From a virus (taxonomy: Duplodnaviria; Caudoviricetes), in IMG/VR virus record IMGVR_UViG_3300049009_000131, positions 1-41,365 of that record: 41,365 nucleotides of DNA; one strand, 5' to 3'. Position 1 is the first letter of the stretch, and each line of letters starts with the position of its first letter. Below are positions 10,280-17,896 of the stretch, piece by piece. The notes under the pieces are model-generated. The model was given only the letters and a program-made list of their open reading frames with translations. It had not been told where the DNA came from and did not search any database. The position numbers and the translations under genes are program-made.

Positions 10280-10774
10280 TTGATCAACGCAATCGACGTC
10301 TTGAGGGTTCTTGAAGCATTCAAGGCCCTCAAGGCCACTGATGAAATCCCCAACGACACAAAGAAGCGCATCGCAGGCGAGCTACTAACGCTCGTTCCCT
10401 CCGAACTCATGGTCCCAAGCGCGAAAATCACTGCTGAAACCATTCGAGACCTGTTGAAGGCGTATATCACCGATGGAAATAGACCTAGAGAAGCCAGAAC
10501 TACCGGAGGAACCCCCGAAGCGGAAACGCGGAAGGCCCCGGAAGGAACCAGCGCCCCCAAAGAAGCCCAAGAAGCGGGTGTTGGGCCGCAAGAAGTCCCC
10601 GAAGTCAGCCAATCCGTGCGCCCATCGCACCAGCAAGAAGTGGCAGGGACCGGGGATCGGGATCGTGTCCAAGAGCCGCCTAAAGGAACTCTGGGCAGAC
10701 CCGGAGTGGCGGGAAAAGAAGCTCGAAGCGATGAAAAGCGTAAAGGGCAGGGGAAGGCCACACGGCGTCCCTGA
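10280..10774 (+). CDS. Hypothetical protein (TTG start); 3' part overlaps terS in another frame
   Basis: First ~65 aa look helical and protein-like and fill the intergenic gap; GAGAG SD-like motif upstream. Confidence 0.55.
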   Translation: MINAIDVLRVLEAFKALKATDEIPNDTKKRIAGELLTLVPSELMVPSAKITAETIRDLLKAYITDGNRPREARTTGGTPEAETRKAPEGTSAPKEAQEAGVGPQEVPEVSQSVRPSHQQEVAGTGDRDRVQEPPKGTLGRPGVAGKEARSDEKRKGQGKATRRP

Positions 10775-11093
10775 TGGTTTCCGAAAGGTTATCATAGAGC
10801 CGATCCGTGCGCGGATTATCCAAGAGAACAAGCTTATCGTGAGGTACATGGTGGCAACCAATCAGTTTAATCCCGACAACAACGTGTCGGAACAGGCGTT
10901 CGAGACGCTGCTAGAGGCCATTCGTGTCCCCGGCGCTCTCAAGGACCGCATCAGTGCCGCAAAGGCTCTGCTCGAATACACCCAGCGCAAGCCCGCTGCC
11001 TACAGCGAAGTCACGCTTAACAAGGCCGAGACATTCCTAGAGGCTGTCTTAGAGGAGGCGAAGAGTGCGGAAGGAACTTCTGGAGGTTCGTAA
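10473..11093 (+). CDS. Terminase small subunit (putative)
   Basis: Directly upstream of and overlapping terL; GRP.GVPDG and R..AAK.LLEYT..KP motifs; basic N-terminus with AT-hook-like KRGRPRK. Confidence 0.6.
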   Translation: MEIDLEKPELPEEPPKRKRGRPRKEPAPPKKPKKRVLGRKKSPKSANPCAHRTSKKWQGPGIGIVSKSRLKELWADPEWREKKLEAMKSVKGRGRPHGVPDGFRKVIIEPIRARIIQENKLIVRYMVATNQFNPDNNVSEQAFETLLEAIRVPGALKDRISAAKALLEYTQRKPAAYSEVTLNKAETFLEAVLEEAKSAEGTSGGS

Positions 11094-12636
11094 GCGTCTG
11101 CTTACGGAATATCCCTTCTACGCACGTAACGCTCTCAAAATCCGAACCAAAGACGGTGATATCAAGCCCCTCGAACTCAACCCAGCCCAACGCATCCTTC
11201 AGGAAGCGATTGACGCCGAGATGTCCGAGAAGGGCTACGTCCGTCTCATCGTCCTGAAGGCTCGCCAACAGGGCCTCTCGACAGCCATTGGTGGCTATCT
11301 GTACTTCTCGGTCTCCCAGAGCAAAGCCCGCAAGGCGATGGTCGTTACGCACCACGCCGACAGTACGCGGGCTCTGTTCGACCTTACGAAGCGCTATCAC
11401 GACAACTGTCCTGAGGCCCTTAAGCCTTCCACGAAGTACTCTTCGCGACGAGAGTTGTCATTCGACATCCTCGATAGCGCATATGTCGTGGCGACCGCAG
11501 GTGGCGATAGTATTGCCCGTGGTGAGACCATCAGTCACCTTCACGCCTCTGAGTTGGCCTTCTGGCCCGTGAGTAACGCCAAGGAGAACTGGAACGGCCT
11601 CATTCAGGCTATCCCGAACTCCAAGGGCACCGCCGTGTTCGTTGAGAGTACAGCCAACGGTGTCACAGGTATCTTCTATGACCTGTGGAAGGGCGCTGTC
11701 GAAGGCACCAATGGGTTCCGCCCCGTGTTCATCCCGTGGTTCGTAGACCCCGGGTATCGAGAGCCTGTCCCCGAGAACTTCGAGCAAACTCCAGACGAGG
11801 AAGACCTCGCGGCCAAGTATGACCTCGACAACGAGCAGTTGATGTTCAGGCGGCGTAAGATCGCCCAGAACGGTCTTGACCTCTTCCGGCAGGAGTACCC
11901 CGCAGAGCCTGACGAAGCCTTCCTGACAACTGGTAGGCCCGTGTTCAATGCCCAACAACTGACCGATCTGTTGGGCAAGGCCCGTGATCCTGTCGCACGT
12001 CTCGCCCTTGAGGGTGACGAGTGGCTACCCAATGTCCGTGGGGAACTCGTGACGTACTATCTCCACGACCCCGGCGAAAGCTACACCATAGGTGCTGACG
12101 TGGCGATGGGCGTGCGTAACGGGGACTACTCCGTTGCTCAGGTCCTTGACGGTAAGAAACGTCAGGTAGCCGTGTGGCGCGGTCAGGTACACCCCGACTA
12201 CTTTGCAGACATCCTGAGGGCCTTAGGTGACTTCTACAACACCGCAAGGATCATCGTGGAGAACAACAGCCACGGTATCTTGACGTGTACACGCCTTGGC
12301 AAGGACTACGCCTACGAAAACCTCTACTACACTACAGAGGTCGATAAGATTACGGAGCGCGAGAGTACAACTTTCGGCTTCCGTACCACCGTTAAGACGA
12401 AGCCCCTTGTGATCGACCAGCTACGTGCGGCCATGCGCGAGGGTGAGATCGAGCTTAACGACAAGACCACCATCCGCGAGATGCTGACGTACATCGTGAC
12501 CGAAAGCGGTTCGATGGAAGCCGAGAAGGGCTGTTTCGATGACACGGTGATGAGCCTTGCGCTTGTCAACCACATCCATGAAGGGCGCTTCACGCCTGTT
12601 GACGTAACTGACGATTTTTACATTGAGGCAATCTGA
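11065..12636 (+). CDS. terL: Terminase large subunit
   Basis: SD GAGGAGG with GTG start; Walker A-like LKARQQGLST, HASELAFW, ESTANG, nuclease IGADVA.G...GDYS and DDTVMSLA. Confidence 0.95.
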   Translation: MRKELLEVRKRLLTEYPFYARNALKIRTKDGDIKPLELNPAQRILQEAIDAEMSEKGYVRLIVLKARQQGLSTAIGGYLYFSVSQSKARKAMVVTHHADSTRALFDLTKRYHDNCPEALKPSTKYSSRRELSFDILDSAYVVATAGGDSIARGETISHLHASELAFWPVSNAKENWNGLIQAIPNSKGTAVFVESTANGVTGIFYDLWKGAVEGTNGFRPVFIPWFVDPGYREPVPENFEQTPDEEDLAAKYDLDNEQLMFRRRKIAQNGLDLFRQEYPAEPDEAFLTTGRPVFNAQQLTDLLGKARDPVARLALEGDEWLPNVRGELVTYYLHDPGESYTIGADVAMGVRNGDYSVAQVLDGKKRQVAVWRGQVHPDYFADILRALGDFYNTARIIVENNSHGILTCTRLGKDYAYENLYYTTEVDKITERESTTFGFRTTVKTKPLVIDQLRAAMREGEIELNDKTTIREMLTYIVTESGSMEAEKGCFDDTVMSLALVNHIHEGRFTPVDVTDDFYIEAI

Positions 12637-12638
12637 CG

Positions 12639-14669
12639 ATGGCGAAGTACAAGAAGATGACCGACGACGAAATCCTAGTCGCTATCGAAAAGGGCGTCAG
12701 GCAGGCGGTTGGTTATCACGACTCGAAGCTATCCCGCGAACGTCAGGATGTCCTTGAGTACTTCCACGGGGAGCGTCCGAAACCCCAGCACGCAGGTAAC
12801 TCCCGCTACGTCTCGATGGACGTCTATGACGCCGTGGAGAGTTCCAAGGCGGTACTGTTGGAAACCTTCGCTGCCGGGAACCAGATCGTAGAGTTCGTAC
12901 CTAACGGACCTGAAGATACCGTCCCGGCTCGTGTAAGCTCCCTGTACACCGACTACGCCATCCATAGCCAGAACAACGGCTACAAGGTGTTCTCGGATGT
13001 CATCACTGACGGTCTCCTTGCCCGCATTGGTATCGCTAAGGTCTATTGGGACAAGCGCGAAGAGAAGGTCGAGGAGGAGTTCGAGAAGCTTCCAGTTGAG
13101 CAGTTCGACATGCTCATCTCACAACCTGACGTCGAGCTTGAGGAATACGAACTTGACGAAGATGGCCTTGTGTCCGGTGAAATCTGCCGTATCAAGGATA
13201 CCTCTCAGGTCTGCATTGCGACCATTCCGCCCGAAGAGTTCCTGATCAACAGTGGTGCCAAAGACATCGATGATGCCTTTTTCGTGGCCCACCGTGTCGA
13301 AAAGACCCGTAGTGAACTCATTGCCGAAGGGTACGACAAGAAGATCGTAGAGAAGCTTTACGATGACGAAGCGAACTTCTACGACGAAGAGAGGGACGCT
13401 CGCCTTCGTGAGATCGAAGACGATAGCATTGGCACCGCCGACTTCCTTCAGGATCAGGTCCGCAAGGTTACCGTTTATGAGTGCTACGTCACTCTTGATA
13501 TTGAAGGTACTGGCGAAGCGCGTCTTTGGAAGATCATTAAGGCAGGCGGTCAGGTCCTCGACAAGGAAGAGGTCAATCGCAAGCCCTTCGTAACCTTCGT
13601 TCCCCTTCCGATACCCCATAGCTTCTATGGCTCAAACTTTGCCAAGAAGATCATTCCGATCCAGAACGCTCGCACGGTTCTCATGCGCGGCATCTTGGAT
13701 CACACCGTCATCACGAATAACCCACGCTATCAGGTCGTCAAGGGCTCGCTGGTCAACCCCCGTGAACTCCTTGATAACCGCATTGGCGGTGTCGTTAACG
13801 TGACACGCCCAGACGGTATCATGCCGCTCACTCAGGCATCGTTGAACCCCTTCGTGTTCCAGACCATCCAGTTGCTGGACGAGGACAAGGAAGATACCAC
13901 GGGTATCTCCAAGTTGTCGCAAGGCCTCAACAAGGACGCCATTTCGAAGCAGAACAGTGGCGCTATGGTTGAACAGCTTGTTGGCCTTAGCCAGCAGCGC
14001 CAGAAGATCATCGCCCGTAACTTCGCGAACCACTTCCTTGTCCCGTTGTATCTTGAGGTCTACCGCCTCGTGATCGAGAACGAGGACAAGCAGAAGGTCG
14101 TGGAGCTTGCTGGCGAGTGGATGGAGATCACTCCGTCCCGTTGGTCCGAGCGCCTTGATGTCCAAGTGGCCCTCAAGCTGGGCTACGGTGAGCAGGAGAA
14201 CGAGGCCAAGAAGTTCCTCGGGCTCCACCAGATGCTGACCGCTGACCCCGGTGTGCAGCCGCTCTACACCATCGAGAAGCGCTTCAACATGCTCCGGTCG
14301 TTCCTAGAGAAGTCAGGCGTCAAGAACGTCAGTGACTACCTGTTGCCGCCTGATCAAGTACAGCCGCCAGAGCCTGACCCAATGCAGGTTATGCAGATGG
14401 AGATGCAGAAGAAGCAGATGGAGCTTCAGGAGCGTCAGGTCATGGTTGCCGAGATGAAGGCTTCCGAGAGCGCCAAGATGGATCAGATGTCCCACGATCT
14501 TGATCGCATGAAGACCATGATCGAACTTATGGTCAGCCAGCGTGAGATCGAGCGCAAGGAGTTCGATAGCACCACTCGCGCCGAGATCGGCAGGGCGGAG
14601 CTTGAGATACTCAAGTCTCAGGAGCCTCTGGAAACCAAGCAGACACAGATCGTGTCTCCTAACGCATAA
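12639..14669 (+). CDS. Portal protein (large, SU10/LUZ24/P22-like size class)
   Basis: 676 aa after terL; GIAKVYWD, IPPEEFLI, PFV...P.P.PHSFYG, TGISKLSQG; C-terminal Gln/Met coiled-coil barrel. Confidence 0.9.
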   Translation: MAKYKKMTDDEILVAIEKGVRQAVGYHDSKLSRERQDVLEYFHGERPKPQHAGNSRYVSMDVYDAVESSKAVLLETFAAGNQIVEFVPNGPEDTVPARVSSLYTDYAIHSQNNGYKVFSDVITDGLLARIGIAKVYWDKREEKVEEEFEKLPVEQFDMLISQPDVELEEYELDEDGLVSGEICRIKDTSQVCIATIPPEEFLINSGAKDIDDAFFVAHRVEKTRSELIAEGYDKKIVEKLYDDEANFYDEERDARLREIEDDSIGTADFLQDQVRKVTVYECYVTLDIEGTGEARLWKIIKAGGQVLDKEEVNRKPFVTFVPLPIPHSFYGSNFAKKIIPIQNARTVLMRGILDHTVITNNPRYQVVKGSLVNPRELLDNRIGGVVNVTRPDGIMPLTQASLNPFVFQTIQLLDEDKEDTTGISKLSQGLNKDAISKQNSGAMVEQLVGLSQQRQKIIARNFANHFLVPLYLEVYRLVIENEDKQKVVELAGEWMEITPSRWSERLDVQVALKLGYGEQENEAKKFLGLHQMLTADPGVQPLYTIEKRFNMLRSFLEKSGVKNVSDYLLPPDQVQPPEPDPMQVMQMEMQKKQMELQERQVMVAEMKASESAKMDQMSHDLDRMKTMIELMVSQREIERKEFDSTTRAEIGRAELEILKSQEPLETKQTQIVSPNA

Positions 14670-14689
14670 CGACCAAATGGAGAGCAACC

Positions 14690-14971
14690 ATTTCTAACGA
14701 TCTCAACGATGACGAGCGGTTACTGGTAGAGCTTGGTATTCAGGCCCAGTACCTCTTGTCCTCTGAAACATTTAGCAACGCAGTCAACACGCTCAGTGAG
14801 CAGTTCACCAATGCCATCTTGTCCACAAAGCTGGAAGAGACGCATCGGCGCGAACGGCTCTACATGATGCACAGTTGCCTCAATGAACTCGTCGGCATCC
14901 TCAAGTCCCGCGCAGCCGCGAAGGACCAGATTGAGATGAAGCTTAACGACGAAACTGATAACGAAGGATAA
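14690..14971 (+). CDS. Small head-assembly region protein between portal and scaffold; probable non-canonical ATT start (93 aa)
   Basis: Frame is open from a stop at 14660 with no upstream ATG/GTG/TTG before 14756; SD GGAGAG (14679-84) lies 5 nt before in-frame ATT at 14690. Confidence 0.65.
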   Translation: MSNDLNDDERLLVELGIQAQYLLSSETFSNAVNTLSEQFTNAILSTKLEETHRRERLYMMHSCLNELVGILKSRAAAKDQIEMKLNDETDNEG

Positions 14972-14977
14972 CTATTT

Positions 14978-15997
14978 ATGACCTCTATCCCTGCGGACGA
15001 GGCTACCGAAGAAATTGGCGCTCTCAGCCCGAGTGACGCCGAAGACGCTTTCCTTAATCGTTGGAAATCGGACGCTCCCGAGCCATCCGACGACGATGAA
15101 GGGGCAACCGAAGCCGATGATGACGATCTTGAGACCGTCGAAGCTTCGGACGAGGACGACCAGACCGAAAGTGACGATGAGTCCGAAGAGGACCCTGAAG
15201 AGACTCCCGACGACACCAAGAAGAAGGACCAGAAGTACGTCGAAGACGACGATGCTGTGGTCAAGATCAAGGTGGGCGACGAAGAGCTTCAGGCATCCAT
15301 CAAGGACCTCAAGCGCCTCTACGGTCAGGAAGCCGCCCTCACCAAGAAGTCTCAAGAAATCGCGCTGAAGCGCAAGGAAGCTGAAGACACGGGTGCCAAG
15401 CACCTTGTTGGTCTACAGAAGCTCTACGAACGGGCTATGGAACGTTACAAGCCCTACGCTGAAGTAGACATGCTCGTGGCATCCAAGTCGCTGAGTAACG
15501 AAGAGTTCGCGGCTCTGCGTTCGGAAGCCTCTCGATCCTACGAGGACGTTCAGTTCCTGCAAGCTGAACTTGATGGGTTCGTACAGAGCCTTGAGAGCCA
15601 GCGTCAGCAAATGATCCGTGAGCAAGCCAAGAGTGCCATTGAGGTCCTGAAGGACCCCGAGAACGGCATTCCTAAGTGGTCTCAGGAAACCTACGATGAC
15701 ATTCGTAACTACGCCATCCGCAACGGTATGCCCAAGGATATTGTGAACCAGATCGTTGATCCGGTCATCATCAAGACCCTGTGGAAGGCGATGAAGTACG
15801 ACAATGGCAAGACCGTAGCTACCGTGAAGAAGACCAAAGCTCCCAAGAAGGTCCTGAAGTCCAAGTCCTCAAGTGAGACACAGCGTTTCACCAAGACTGA
15901 CGGACACAAGGCCATTAGCAAACTTAGAAGCTCCGGGTCGCGTGACGATGCCGCAAGTGCATTCCTCAGTCGCTGGGGAGTGGACAAAGGCGATTAA
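14978..15997 (+). CDS. Capsid scaffolding protein
   Basis: Very acidic N-terminus, KIKVGDEE...LK..Y.....TKKSQE, coiled coil, C-terminal LR.SGS.DDAA; directly before capsid. Confidence 0.85.
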   Translation: MTSIPADEATEEIGALSPSDAEDAFLNRWKSDAPEPSDDDEGATEADDDDLETVEASDEDDQTESDDESEEDPEETPDDTKKKDQKYVEDDDAVVKIKVGDEELQASIKDLKRLYGQEAALTKKSQEIALKRKEAEDTGAKHLVGLQKLYERAMERYKPYAEVDMLVASKSLSNEEFAALRSEASRSYEDVQFLQAELDGFVQSLESQRQQMIREQAKSAIEVLKDPENGIPKWSQETYDDIRNYAIRNGMPKDIVNQIVDPVIIKTLWKAMKYDNGKTVATVKKTKAPKKVLKSKSSSETQRFTKTDGHKAISKLRSSGSRDDAASAFLSRWGVDKGD

Positions 15998-16036
15998 CAC
16001 AACGCCCCCTAATCATACTTAAGGAATTTTAAAACT

Positions 16037-16951
16037 ATGGCTACTTACACCACCTACGATCAGGTAGGTAAGGCTGAAGACGTCTCCGATATCATCAGCA
16101 ACATTTCGCCTACTAAGACCCCGTTTTCTTCGGGCTTGAAGTCCGAGAAGATTTCTGCCCGTACGTTTGACTGGCAGGAGGATAGCCTTCGCGCCGTTCA
16201 GGTGAACTCGCAGACGGAAGGCTTTACGGCCTCCGATGCGACCCTCACTGCCACTACGCTCCGCTCAAATGTAGCGCAGATTCTGGAGAAGACCATCAAG
16301 GTCTCTGCCACGGCGGATGCAATCAAGACCTACGGGCGCGCACGCGAGACAGCTTACCAACTCAGTAAGGCCGGAGAGGAGCTAAATCGCGACCTCGAGC
16401 ACGCTATGGTTGGTCTTGCGCAGGCTTCCGTGACGGGTAACTCCACCACGGCTCGTAAGATGGCTTCGGCCCTCAACCAGATCGACGCCGCTGCTACGGT
16501 TATTACCGATAGCAACACAGGCACCACGGGCAATCAGGCAGGTCCTCTGACTGAAGCCAACGTGCTTGAGCTTCACCAGAAGCTTTACAACGAAGGTTCC
16601 GATCCCTCGATCCTCATGGTCAAGCCCGCTGACTCGCGCATTGTCGCGGGTTTCACGGGCGTGGCTAACGCTCGCTCGCGTGTGATCAACGATGCTTCCA
16701 CGACCCTCGTGAACAGCATTGAGGTATACATTTCGCCATTCGGCCAGCTTAAGGTCATGCTTAATCGCTTCCTGAAGTCGGACCATGCGCTGATGTATGA
16801 CCCGGACATGTGGCGTAAGGCCGTGCTGCGTCCGTGGTCGCGCACGATGTTGGCGAAATCGGGCGATAACGAAGCCCATCTTATCGTAGGAGAATATTCT
16901 TTGAAGCATATGAACTTCAAGGGCTCTGGTAAGATCACCAATCTGACTTAG
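16037..16951 (+). CDS. Major capsid protein (SU10/DUF5309-like family)
   Basis: SD AAGGA; G.AEDVSDIISNISPT.TPF, WQEDSL, N.AQI..K...VS.TA, Y.SPFG.L....NR, GEYSL. Confidence 0.9.
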   Translation: MATYTTYDQVGKAEDVSDIISNISPTKTPFSSGLKSEKISARTFDWQEDSLRAVQVNSQTEGFTASDATLTATTLRSNVAQILEKTIKVSATADAIKTYGRARETAYQLSKAGEELNRDLEHAMVGLAQASVTGNSTTARKMASALNQIDAAATVITDSNTGTTGNQAGPLTEANVLELHQKLYNEGSDPSILMVKPADSRIVAGFTGVANARSRVINDASTTLVNSIEVYISPFGQLKVMLNRFLKSDHALMYDPDMWRKAVLRPWSRTMLAKSGDNEAHLIVGEYSLKHMNFKGSGKITNLT

Positions 16952-16965
16952 GTCTAACTACACTT

Positions 16966-17065
16966 GGCAAAAGGGCCGGGATAATAGCCGGATACTAAAA
17001 GCGAAGAGAGGAAGCGCATTGCTCTCCTGCGTGTAACCTCTCGCACCCTTTCTGCCGTTTTATTT
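16966..17065 (+). ncRNA. Putative structured RNA (three-way junction plus U-rich tail) in the capsid 3' UTR; may also act as terminator
   Basis: P1 GGCAAAAGGG(16966-75)/CCCTTTCTGCC(17046-56); P2 CCGG/CCGG; P3 GAGAGG/CCTCTC plus GCGCA/TGCGT closing loop TTGCTCTCC(17019-27); followed by GTTTTATTT. Confidence 0.6.
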
Positions 17066-17076
17066 AAGAGCTTCTA

Positions 17077-17589
17077 TTGGAAATCACGTCTCGCGCGGAA
17101 GCGCTTGAGCGTGGGTTGACCTATTACTTCACTGGTAAGCCGTGTGTTAACGGACACGTTAGTAAACGTAACACAAAGAACAGATGTTGCTACGTCTGTG
17201 TATCTCTAGCACGAGATGCTTGGAGCAACGCGAATAAAGAGAAATGTCGCGAGTACTCAAAGCGCTTCCGCCTTAACTCCCCTGAAAAACGACAGGTGAT
17301 TTCTGCGCGTTGGAAAGCGCGTAATCCAGATAAGGTAAATGCGCAGTGCGCTAAGCGTAGAGCATCGAAGCATTCGGCTACGCCCCCTTGGTTAACCAAC
17401 GCTCACCTCAATCAAATTACGTCTTATTACACCTATGCGAAACTGCGGGAACGACTCACAAGCGTTGAGCATCACGTAGATCACATAGTCCCAATTCTAG
17501 GGAAGTCCGTTTGCGGACTACATGTTCCGTGGAACCTTCAGGTCATTACTGCGACTGAAAACCTTCGGAAGAACAACCGTTTCAACTAG
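17077..17589 (+). CDS. Free-standing HNH endonuclease
   Basis: SRAEA...YFTGKPC..GH N-terminus; HHVDHIVP...VCGLHVPWNLQVITATENLRKNN HNH motif; lower GC than neighbours. Confidence 0.85.
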   Translation: MEITSRAEALERGLTYYFTGKPCVNGHVSKRNTKNRCCYVCVSLARDAWSNANKEKCREYSKRFRLNSPEKRQVISARWKARNPDKVNAQCAKRRASKHSATPPWLTNAHLNQITSYYTYAKLRERLTSVEHHVDHIVPILGKSVCGLHVPWNLQVITATENLRKNNRFN

Positions 17590-17609
17590 CTACTAAAGGA
17601 ACCACAGAA

Positions 17610-17882
17610 TTGGACCCGTACAAGATTATTGGTACTAACGTCATCACTGTGTCAGGTACGTCTGCGGCTTCTCCTGCATTCATGAACCAGACCACCATCA
17701 TCCGTCTCGTCAGCACTACTGATTGTCACATCCGCTTCGATGGTACACCCACGGCCACCACGACCCAGATGCTACTTCCGTCCAATGTGGTCGAGTACTT
17801 CCGTGTGACTCCGGGCACGAAGGTCGCTGTGATCCAGAGGTCGGCTGGTGGCTCACTATTTGTAACTGAAATGACTCGATGA
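17610..17882 (+). CDS. Small beta-rich virion protein (TTG start)
   Basis: SD AAGGA; IRLVST.DCH..F...PTAT.....LP...VEYF.V.PG.KVAVI pattern. Confidence 0.6.
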   Translation: MDPYKIIGTNVITVSGTSAASPAFMNQTTIIRLVSTTDCHIRFDGTPTATTTQMLLPSNVVEYFRVTPGTKVAVIQRSAGGSLFVTEMTR

Positions 17883-17896
17883 CGGAGGGTTGACAT

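Noticed and set aside
12317-12340. Third phage promoter copy inside terL (CCTCTACTACACTACAGAGG)
   Set aside because: Needs a gap plus mismatches in the core and is explained by the LYYTTE codons; a PWM scan would be needed to support it
16900-16951. T7 gene 10B-like programmed frameshift at the capsid end
   Set aside because: No slippery heptamer seen and no extended downstream frame
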